Part shown: in pieces, positions 55,145 to 62,089 of the stretch
Position numbering within the stretch: the stretch's first letter is position 1
Layout: every line of letters starts with the position of its first letter
Source of the DNA: an uncultured Candidatus Saccharibacteria bacterium
GTDB lineage: Bacteria; Patescibacteriota; Minisyncoccia; Phycocordibacterales; UBA9973
Reading direction: 5' to 3'
Length of the DNA: 62,089 bases
Assembly (NCBI GenBank): GCA_964622505.1
Contig: CAZUQJ010000003.1
Location: forward strand, 1-62,089
Notes under the pieces: generated by a model
Database searches by the model: none
Seen by the model: only the letters and a program-made list of their open reading frames with translations
Told to the model about the DNA's origin: nothing
Program-made: the position numbers and the translations under genes

Positions 55145-57598
55145 TTACTCTTTGCCGTGGCACTTTTTGTACTTCTTGCCACTTCCACAATGGCATGGGT
55201 CGTTGCGACCTACCTTTGGGTCAGCGTTGGAGGTCCCTTTCCCTTGCTCTTCGCCTAGATTGAGTATGATTTGAGGCTTTTCTTCTATTATCTGCTCTGC
55301 CGACTCGCCTTGTAAATGCATTGTTTTGATTAGTGATGCAACTTGCTCTCGGAATAAGGCTTCCATTTCTTTAAATAGATGCAAGCCTTCCTTCTTGTAT
55401 TCTATAAGAGGCTCACGCTGGCCATAGGCACGCAAGTTGACCGAGCTCCGAGTGTACTCCATAGTTTCGAGGTGCTCTACCCATAGAGTATCAGTAACAT
55501 GAAGAGCCACACGACGGACAGTTTCGAAGAATGGTCCGTCACCAAAATTGGTACGCTTCTCAGCAACAACAGGAGATAGATCCGGATATATAGACTCCAA
55601 TTCCTTTATAAATTCTTCTAGATGAGCAACGTCTCCGTTGAGCATAAGCTTGCGACGAGCGTATACAGTATTGCGCTGATGGTTCATAACATTATCATAT
55701 TCCAGAGTATGCTTGCGAGAGTCGAAGTTGAATCCTTCAATCTTTGCTTGTGCACTCTCCAACGAACGAGAGATGAAGCTGTTTTGGATCGGCTGGTCTT
55801 CGGGTATACCGAAACGACCCATCATAGTCTTGATTCTTTCACTGCCGAATACGCGCATGAGGTCGTCTTCGAGAGATACAAAGAATTGGGTCTCGCCTGG
55901 GTCACCCTGACGACCCGCACGGCCTCGGAGCTGGTTGTCGATACGGCGAGCTTCGTGGCGCTCGGTACCGAGCACAAACAATCCACCAAGCTCTTTGACT
56001 TCATTAAAAGAGCTTTCGTTGTATGGTACACCGCCGAGTTTGATATCAACTCCACGCCCTGCCATGTTGGTAGCAATTGTAACTGCACCCTTGCGTCCTG
56101 CATTGGCTGTGATCTCACCTTCGCTTTCATGGTTCTTTGCATTTAGTACTATATGAGGTACACCCTCTTGCTTGAGATATGCCGACAGCAACTCGTTGCG
56201 CTCGATCGATACAGTACCGATCAAAACCGGCTGGCCTTTCTCGTTGAGCTCTTTGACTTTCTTTGCTATCGCCTTCCATTTACCCTTTTCTGTTTGGTAG
56301 ATCAAGTCGTTGCTGTCGATACGAGCAATAGGCCGGTGTGTCGGCACAACAGCAACATCGAGTCCATATACTTTCAGAAACTCTTCTTTGGAAGTCTCGG
56401 CCGTACCGGTCATACCAGAAAGCTTCTTATAAAATTTAAAATAGTTTTGGAATGTAATACTTGCCACAGCTCGAGTCTCTTTTTGGATCTTTACTCCCTC
56501 CTTTGCCTCTATGGCTTGGTGCAGACCCTCGCTCCAGCGACGGCCAGGTTGCAACCGGCCTGTAAAGGCGTCAACAATGATGATCTCGCCATCTTTGACA
56601 ACGTAATCTTTATTTTCTTCATACAAAGCTCGGGCTCGGACAGCAGTTTCTAAATGGTGGACATACTTGATGCCCTTTTCTGTATAAATATTTGTTATAC
56701 CAAGCAGTGTCTCAGCTTTGGTGATACCCACATCGGATAGTGATATTGCCTTTAGCTTTTCATCCACAGTATAATCCACCTCTTTCACTAGTTCTTTTGA
56801 GATATCAGCAAACTTGTAGTATAGATCCTCAGAATCTTCTGCGGGGCTTGAGATAATAAGTGGTGTACGAGACTCATCGATCAGGATAGAGTCGACCTCG
56901 TCGACTATCGCGTAGTGATGCGGACGCTGAGAGACCTCGTCGATAGTGCGAGCTAGGTTGTCACGCAAATAGTCGAAGCCGAATTCATTGTTGGTACCAT
57001 AAGTAATGTCTGCATTGTATGCATCCTTTCGACTGACAGGGCGCAAGCATTCATACAATACTTTGAAAGATGCAGTTTCATCTTCACCCTCTTTGGAAAC
57101 GTGCTCGCTATCATAAACATATGAAGTGTTTTGTGAATTCACAACGCCGACAGACATACCGAGTAATGAAAAGATCGGTGCCATCCACACAGCGTCACGG
57201 CGAGAAAGATAATCGTTGACTGTCACAATATGCACACCCTTTGCTTCAAGCGCATTTAAATACGCAGGAAGTGTTGCAACGAGTGTCTTGCCTTCACCAG
57301 TACGCATCTCGGCAATGATACCTCTGTGTAAAATAATTCCTCCTACAAGTTGTACGTCGTAGTGCCGCTCATTGCGAGTCCTATGAGCTGCTTCACGCAC
57401 CAATGCGTATGCTTCCGATAGTATGTCGTCAAGCGACTCACCTGTACTCAGGCGTTCTTTGAATTGTGCTGTTTTTAATATGAAATCTTCTGTTTTGAGC
57501 TCTTTCATCTCCCCTTCTAGCTCATTGATGCGGGCCACAATTCCCTTGGTATTTTTGATTATTTTGGTTGTTTCGTCTCCGAAAATTGATTTAAACAT
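55145..57598 (-). CDS. secA: preprotein translocase ATPase SecA
   Basis: MRTGEGKT Walker A, DEAD-like motor, C-terminal zinc motif CHCGSGKKYKKCHG; TGCTAAAAT lies 9 nt upstream of the ATG (57608..57616). Confidence 0.97.
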   Translation of the reverse strand: MFKSIFGDETTKIIKNTKGIVARINELEGEMKELKTEDFILKTAQFKERLSTGESLDDILSEAYALVREAAHRTRNERHYDVQLVGGIILHRGIIAEMRTGEGKTLVATLPAYLNALEAKGVHIVTVNDYLSRRDAVWMAPIFSLLGMSVGVVNSQNTSYVYDSEHVSKEGEDETASFKVLYECLRPVSRKDAYNADITYGTNNEFGFDYLRDNLARTIDEVSQRPHHYAIVDEVDSILIDESRTPLIISSPAEDSEDLYYKFADISKELVKEVDYTVDEKLKAISLSDVGITKAETLLGITNIYTEKGIKYVHHLETAVRARALYEENKDYVVKDGEIIIVDAFTGRLQPGRRWSEGLHQAIEAKEGVKIQKETRAVASITFQNYFKFYKKLSGMTGTAETSKEEFLKVYGLDVAVVPTHRPIARIDSNDLIYQTEKGKWKAIAKKVKELNEKGQPVLIGTVSIERNELLSAYLKQEGVPHIVLNAKNHESEGEITANAGRKGAVTIATNMAGRGVDIKLGGVPYNESSFNEVKELGGLFVLGTERHEARRIDNQLRGRAGRQGDPGETQFFVSLEDDLMRVFGSERIKTMMGRFGIPEDQPIQNSFISRSLESAQAKIEGFNFDSRKHTLEYDNVMNHQRNTVYARRKLMLNGDVAHLEEFIKELESIYPDLSPVVAEKRTNFGDGPFFETVRRVALHVTDTLWVEHLETMEYTRSSVNLRAYGQREPLIEYKKEGLHLFKEMEALFREQVASLIKTMHLQGESAEQIIEEKPQIILNLGEEQGKGTSNADPKVGRNDPCHCGSGKKYKKCHGKE

Positions 57599-57610
57599 AG
57601 TTTTCCTATT

Positions 57611-57655
57611 TTAGCACAAAAAGAAAATCCCCGATAGAGAGGGGATTTTCTTTTT
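57611..57655. terminator. bidirectional intrinsic terminator
   Basis: 10-bp stem GAAAATCCCC/GGGGATTTTC with T-runs on both strands. Confidence 0.75.
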
Positions 57656-57667
57656 GTGAAGTGAGTA

Positions 57668-57766
57668 TTAAGCTCTCTTCTTTGTTGTCTTTTTTGCTGC
57701 CTTTTTTACAGTCTTCTTTACTGCTTTCTTAACTGTTTTTTTAGCTGCTTTCTTTTTTGCTGCCAT
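57668..57766 (-). CDS. Lys/Ala-rich basic peptide, histone-H1-like
   Basis: MAAKKKAAKKTVKKAVKKTVKKAAKKTTKKRA (32 aa) followed by a strong terminator; the longer ORF extension is AT-rich and implausible. Confidence 0.5.
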   Translation of the reverse strand: MAAKKKAAKKTVKKAVKKTVKKAAKKTTKKRA

Positions 57767-57977
57767 ATATTTATATAAAAAGTTATTTTTTAAAGATATG
57801 TGATAACACGACCTTACAAAAAAATTTAAAAAAATAATTTGTAAAAAATTTTTATCACACTCACTCATACATTATCCTACAAAAAAAATGTATAAGCAAT
57901 ATATTTTCACAAAAAAGTGTGGATAACTTTTTATTTTTATTTTTTGTAAAAGATTTTTAAAAAATAAATTTATAAAA

Positions 57978-58094
57978 CGAATATTGAAATTAGTTCTTGA
58001 GAAATGACTTGCGCAGGCCGACTGGGCCGAGCAGAGCAATTTTTCAGCAGAAAAATATGTCGTGCATTTTGAGAGAAGCTAATTTTTATATTCG
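57978..58094 (+). ncRNA. candidate long-hairpin RNA (class unknown; weak SRP-like apex)
   Basis: CGAATATTGAAATTAGTTCTTGAGAAATGAC pairs with GTCGTGCATTTTGAGAGAAGCTAATTTTTATATTCG using several G-U pairs that work only on the + strand; the apex contains GGCC-GACUG-GGCC and a GAGCAG segment. Confidence 0.3.
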
Positions 58095-58118
58095 CATATA
58101 AAAGAGTAGGTAGAAACA

Positions 58119-58147
58119 TTGACTTTTATACAACCAACAGCTATACT
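58119..58147 (+). promoter_or_regulatory. near-consensus promoter with no ORF downstream
   Basis: TTGACT, 17 nt, TATACT. Confidence 0.6.
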
Positions 58148-58153
58148 ATGTGT

Positions 58154-58224
58154 GTGAGTTATTGATTCCCAATAATTATTAAAAGCAGATGCCTGTACAA
58201 AGCCCGCCCTTGGCGGGTTTTGTG
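58154..58224 (+). ncRNA. candidate small RNA (about 70 nt)
   Basis: Promoter at 58119; internal hairpin TTATTG-attcc-CAATAA; terminator GCCCGCC-cttg-GGCGGGTTTT; no plausible ORF. Confidence 0.4.
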
Positions 58225-58261
58225 TTGGTGGTATTTTATTGCAAAATGTTATATACTATTT

Positions 58262-58385
58262 AAGCAGTCGTTCGGTGTTTTCAATCAGCGGCTGCGCTCA
58301 CATAGGCATTTGTGTTGGGGTTAGCACCCGCTGATTAAAGACACAGAACAAAAAATACCCCCTAGGCGGGGGTATTTTTTGTTGT
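58262..58385 (+). ncRNA. candidate small RNA with a 17-bp closing stem
   Basis: Extended -10 TGTTATATA at 58247..58255; GTGTTTTCAATCAGCGG pairs with CCGCTGATTAAAGACAC (one G-U, one mismatch) around a 35-nt loop; ends at terminator ATACCCCC-tagg-CGGGGGTATTTTTT. Confidence 0.35.
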
Positions 58386-58386
58386 A

Positions 58387-60183
58387 TTAGATTCCTCTGT
58401 CGTGATACTCATTCTTCATAAGTAGTCGGACTAGAATGATTCCAACGATTATAACAAGTATCAGTATCAACCATCCTAGAAATGTATGCGGGATCAAGCT
58501 AAAGGAAGCGGAGCCTGCCGATGCCGACAATCCTCCATTTGAATTCTCATCATTGTATGAATCCACAGATCCATTGTCATTTGAATTTGTTGTACCATTA
58601 TTTGTGTTGTTGTTTGTATTATTGTTTACACGATTTGTGACTGTAGTATTGCGATAGTCATTTATCGATCGGTCAGTAGTAAAGCTTAGTATATTTCCAT
58701 AAGTTATACCGTATGAATTACGCGCAGCCAATCTGTAGTAGTAAGTAGTGTTCGATGATAGTCCTCCAAGGAATCCATTGGCATTGGTTGCTCCCCCGCC
58801 GTATTGAGTGGAAGTAACTGCACCAAGGTTTGGAGTCTTGCCGTATTCGAACCATACATTTATGTTTGAACCTTTACCATGTGCATAACCATGAACCACT
58901 GCCCCGCCCGATTTGATATCACTTGCAACGTCAGTTCGTACAGTTGGCTTCAAGCTATTATTGGGTGAACCACAACCAACACAACCTCCACCTCCTCCAT
59001 TGTTATTGTTTACGATAATATTTAGAGTTGAAGTCACGCCATTTGATCCAGTCAATCTGTAAGTTGTATTTGATGTTGGGTATACAGCGTATCGTAATGC
59101 ATTTGTCGCACTATAACCTAACGGTGACAATGTAGCAGACGAACAGTTGCTTGTACTCCAAGACAGGTATGAAGCTCCGCCTGAAGTGACAGTGTAATCA
59201 CTTGCAGTAAATGAGTCTATAGTACAGTTGGTCGGATTTGGATTATAAGTAGTTACATTCACTGTAAAGCTTCGGCTGTCTGAAGTTGATCCGTTTGAAG
59301 CATTCAATGTGTAGCGAGTAGTCCGTGTAGGATTCACGATATAACCTGTAGAACTGAGTCTACTATAGCCACTTGGTGACAAAGTTGCACTTGTACAGTT
59401 GCTAGTATTCCAGTAGATATACACAGCCGATCCAGAATTTATACTTGATGTACTAGGTGAGAAGTTTGTAATCACACAATTATTTGTGGAACCCCCACCG
59501 CCACTTGTAGTAGCGAAATGATATGTAGATCCAGACACTTGCCCCCCAGCATTTGTTCCAGAGAGACGATACCAATATGTTGTATTTTGTGCTAGACCAG
59601 AGATACTAACAGTAGCTGTACCAGATGTACCATACGAAGATACATTTTTTATATTACCAAGTGATGATGAGGTACCATATTCAAACATTAGATTTGAAAG
59701 TGATGATCCGTTGTCGCTATAAAAACCAGAGAGGGTTGCGCTACTTGTGCTAATTCCTGTTGGGTTAGGATTTGTCTGAATTGTAGGCTTTACCACACCT
59801 GCTGTAGTAAATGTATATCTGCTGCTAGAAACTGTTCCACTGCTAGACACACCGATTGCCTCGAAATAGTAAAGGGTGCCTGAAGTAAGACCACTTGCAG
59901 AAAAAGTTAGGTTACCAGAGCTTGCACTTGGAGACTGTGAAGATGTCTGGCTTGTCATAGCAGGATTTGTGCCGTATGTGATAGCAACAGATGTAAGGAC
60001 ATCCCCGTTTGTATTATAGAAAACAGAGAAAGAGGCACTGTTAGTAGTAACAGTAGGATTTGGATTGAGAGCTAAAGTAGGCGTAGCGGCGAGAGCCGTA
60101 AAAGCCATGCCAAACAATGCAAAAACTGTCGCAATACCTAATATAGATTTTTTATATGTGTTTTTCATAATGTTTTGAGCCAT
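58387..60183 (-). CDS. surface protein with Fn3-like repeats and a C-terminal TM anchor
   Basis: Signal peptide; repeated ...TYYF/YWYR...YTFTT modules; two Cys-containing ~85-aa repeats; Asn-rich linker; C-terminal TM LGWLILILVIIVGIILV. Confidence 0.7.
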   Translation of the reverse strand: MAQNIMKNTYKKSILGIATVFALFGMAFTALAATPTLALNPNPTVTTNSASFSVFYNTNGDVLTSVAITYGTNPAMTSQTSSQSPSASSGNLTFSASGLTSGTLYYFEAIGVSSSGTVSSSRYTFTTAGVVKPTIQTNPNPTGISTSSATLSGFYSDNGSSLSNLMFEYGTSSSLGNIKNVSSYGTSGTATVSISGLAQNTTYWYRLSGTNAGGQVSGSTYHFATTSGGGGSTNNCVITNFSPSTSSINSGSAVYIYWNTSNCTSATLSPSGYSRLSSTGYIVNPTRTTRYTLNASNGSTSDSRSFTVNVTTYNPNPTNCTIDSFTASDYTVTSGGASYLSWSTSNCSSATLSPLGYSATNALRYAVYPTSNTTYRLTGSNGVTSTLNIIVNNNNGGGGGCVGCGSPNNSLKPTVRTDVASDIKSGGAVVHGYAHGKGSNINVWFEYGKTPNLGAVTSTQYGGGATNANGFLGGLSSNTTYYYRLAARNSYGITYGNILSFTTDRSINDYRNTTVTNRVNNNTNNNTNNGTTNSNDNGSVDSYNDENSNGGLSASAGSASFSLIPHTFLGWLILILVIIVGIILVRLLMKNEYHDRGI

Positions 60184-60220
60184 CGGATATTATGACGGCC
60201 TTTTATTGATTAACTTACAG

Positions 60221-60250
60221 ATTATAGCACAAAGCACCCTATTTTGTCAA
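60221..60250 (-). promoter_or_regulatory. consensus promoter
   Basis: Minus strand reads TTGACA, 18 nt, TGCTATAAT. Confidence 0.7.
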
Positions 60251-60294
60251 GCCCCAAATATTAACCTAAATATCCTTATAAATCAATAGTTCTA

Positions 60295-60323
60295 TTGACA
60301 AATCTATTTAAGTATGCTAATGT
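60295..60323 (+). promoter_or_regulatory. sigma70-type promoter
   Basis: TTGACA, 17 nt, TAATGT. Confidence 0.55.
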
Positions 60324-60380
60324 TGTAACAAAAGCGTGACGTAAACGTCATAATAAAAAACACATTAAAAATCAAAGAAC

Positions 60381-61865
60381 ATGAAAAAATTAAACATCTT
60401 GGTGGCTTTCGTAGCTACCCTTTTCGCATCCCTTGGAGCAAATGCTCAGGACACTATCACTATTCTTCCTCCTTTTAAAGGAATTGAAGAGGCATTCGTA
60501 ATGAAGTATTATCAGGTTAATTACGACAGTGTTTATCAGGTAACTTCTGTAAGCACCTCCGGTGCCAGTGGTTATTATCCTATTGGTTATAAAAAAATCA
60601 ACCGGGACACTATCAAAAAGCTTTTTACAAATGACACTATGCGTAAAGGACTGCCAACTATTAAGTACGCAACTGCGTTTGACGTAAAGATTGAATTATT
60701 CCTTATGGATAAAACAACCTTGGTAGCTTCCAGTGCAGTAACAACAGTTACAGTACAGCCGAAACCCTTCAAACCGTTAGTATCGGTAGTCTCTTCAGTA
60801 AACAACAACAAAGTTTTTGTAAATTTAGGATTGGATATAAATGTGCAATGCATATTGCGCGCTTATACAGTGACCAAAGCATCCGACACTCTAAATCCAC
60901 CGTTTCCAAGAAAAAGTTGGACGTTATCTAACACGTCTATGAAATCTTTCATAGATTCCAGTTACATCACGAAAAATGATGTGTGGATGTGCTATGAAAT
61001 AGCAACTACAATAGATGGAAAATTAACTATGCGAACCAAGTGGGTATTTGTACCAGGCTACACCAAACCGGCAATAGCTGATGTTGGAATCACTTACACC
61101 AAGGACAGTACAACATCAATTCTAAAAGTAAGTGGATGGGCTATAACCAAAAACCTTCCGCTTTTGATTAAGCTTGCAATTGCATCGGGTGATACAATTC
61201 TCATCAACTTACCAGCAAGCAATGGATTGACCTACTGGTCAGTAGTTGTAGTTAATCGTATCCCGGGTAAAACTTATAACATTATTGCGTATGCAATTAA
61301 TTCTATAGGTAAAGGCTTAAGTAATATTATGGTACACACAATGGGGTCAAACCCAACTACAGTTACCATTACAGCACTGTCTCCCTATAGCGACGGTTAC
61401 AACTTAGTTGTTGATTTCAGCTATGCACTGCCGGCAGGTAAAACTGGTTCAGCTATCATTAGCTACACCAAGGATACGGATCCAGATTTCAACGAGCCCG
61501 AAAAAGGAAGTTCCTTCTATGGACTCATTGGATCAGGTGCTAAAAACTCTCTCTTTCCCGACCTTGCCCCAGGTAAGTACTGGGTAAGATGCGAGCTAAA
61601 TGACGGTGAAAATCTGGTAACAAAAATTGTTCCATTTACTCTACATGCACTAAGTGCAAAAAAAGTAACTATGGTTCCAATTTCTGTGTATCCTAACCCA
61701 GCTAAAGATGTAATTCACGCAAGCCAACCAATTACCCTATTTAATTCTTTGGGTGAGAAAGTTGCTGAAGGTGATAATTTTTCAGTTTTAGATCTTCCAA
61801 GAGGTTTATATTTTTATAAATCTCTTAATCAAAATACTTTTTCAGGTAAAGTAATACTTGAATAA
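60381..61865 (+). CDS. secreted protein with T9SS type-A C-terminal sorting domain
   Basis: Signal peptide MKKLNILVAFVATLFASLGANAQ; C-terminus VYPNPAKDVIHAS...LFNSLGEKV...LDLPRGLYFYK...GKVILE. Confidence 0.75.
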   Translation: MKKLNILVAFVATLFASLGANAQDTITILPPFKGIEEAFVMKYYQVNYDSVYQVTSVSTSGASGYYPIGYKKINRDTIKKLFTNDTMRKGLPTIKYATAFDVKIELFLMDKTTLVASSAVTTVTVQPKPFKPLVSVVSSVNNNKVFVNLGLDINVQCILRAYTVTKASDTLNPPFPRKSWTLSNTSMKSFIDSSYITKNDVWMCYEIATTIDGKLTMRTKWVFVPGYTKPAIADVGITYTKDSTTSILKVSGWAITKNLPLLIKLAIASGDTILINLPASNGLTYWSVVVVNRIPGKTYNIIAYAINSIGKGLSNIMVHTMGSNPTTVTITALSPYSDGYNLVVDFSYALPAGKTGSAIISYTKDTDPDFNEPEKGSSFYGLIGSGAKNSLFPDLAPGKYWVRCELNDGENLVTKIVPFTLHALSAKKVTMVPISVYPNPAKDVIHASQPITLFNSLGEKVAEGDNFSVLDLPRGLYFYKSLNQNTFSGKVILE

Positions 61866-61883
61866 AATATTTTTACAAAACAA

Positions 61884-61917
61884 AAAAAAGACGCTTCATT
61901 TCTGAAGCGTCTTTTTT
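61884..61917 (+). terminator. intrinsic terminator
   Basis: AAAAAAGACGCTTCATTTCTGAAGCGTCTTTTTT. Confidence 0.8.
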
Positions 61918-62089
61918 CTATGTAATTTCATTGAATATTGAATTAAGTATGTATAGATAACTATTCTTTCTTTTGTTCCGTTCTACCGTTTTGATACGAG
62001 ATCAAAACTATTTTCTTGTCTTTCCAAGATGTCGTGTAGTTGTGGAAATCTACCAATTCATTGTGTGCTCAATTGAGGCACACAACATC

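Noticed and set aside
55116-55196. N-terminal extension of maf overlapping the end of secA
   Set aside because: The extension is the translation of REP3 and the secA 3' end. The MKIILGSQS start matches the conserved Maf N-terminus. Similar extensions were rejected for guaB (39597..39695), the surface protein (40366..40650), RAYT-1 (12719..12742, TTG) and gdhA (40906..40932, TTG).
57917-57925. Perfect DnaA box TGTGGATAA (TTATCCACA) in the AT-rich intergenic region, with box-like TTATCACAC and TGTGATAAC nearby; considered as oriC
   Set aside because: There is only one perfect 9-mer, which is expected by chance about once in two such windows. The neighbours are a base short of consensus, and no dnaA or dnaN is nearby.
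57978-58094. Calling the long hairpin an SRP (4.5S) RNA
   Set aside because: An AGCA-containing internal loop is present, but the apical loop is not GNAR, the CAGG/AGCA symmetry is only approximate, and a side hairpin interrupts the helix. It is kept only as an unclassified RNA candidate.
62063-62085. Hairpin TGTGTGCTCAATTGAGGCACACA at the right window edge
   Set aside because: The context is truncated by the window, there is no adjacent ORF in any frame, and it cannot be interpreted.
1-62089. Search for CRISPR arrays, cas genes, rRNA genes, reverse transcriptases (DGR or retron) and inteins
   Set aside because: No regularly spaced direct repeats, no rRNA-like sequence, no RT motif (YxDD) ORF and no intein-sized insertions in gyrA, dnaE or secA were seen.

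Overview
AT-rich 62-kb window from a small-genome bacterium. Compact housekeeping operons, many tiny two-helix pilin-like genes, a short DnaE and almost no Shine-Dalgarno signal look Patescibacteria/CPR-like, but taxonomy cannot be proven from this window. Backbone: a partial tRNA-Leu; a minus-strand operon of gyrA, a methyltransferase, a solute-binding protein and five pilin-like paralogs; rpsA; pth; lepB-hisS-def-fmt; hpf; csp; an orphan histidine kinase; an operon of an ABC exporter, a short BshC-like gene, bshB and bshA; purA-guaB; gdhA; purH; pepN-rsmE; rnhB; dnaE; maf-secA. There are also several secreted or surface proteins, two with Bacteroidota-style T9SS C-terminal sorting domains. 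Accessory content falls into three groups. (i) A roughly 10.4-kb, visibly AT-richer integrative element lies next to tRNA-Asn(GTT) (about 25.0-35.4 kb). It carries a large serine recombinase whose ORF runs antisense through the tRNA, an excisionase-type HTH, a P-loop ATPase, and a convergent PD-(D/E)xK nuclease / HEPN (ApeA-like) gene pair. That pair is my best candidate for an undescribed defence module. (ii) There are three REP-associated tyrosine transposase (RAYT) genes, each with its own private palindromic REP, including one REP embedded in frame inside its own RAYT. (iii) There are several unannotated structured-RNA candidates (29.8 kb and 57.9-58.4 kb). Promoters follow TTGACA-N17/18-TGnTATAAT, and many sit 6-9 nt from the ATG, implying leaderless mRNAs. 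No rRNA, CRISPR array or cas genes were seen.
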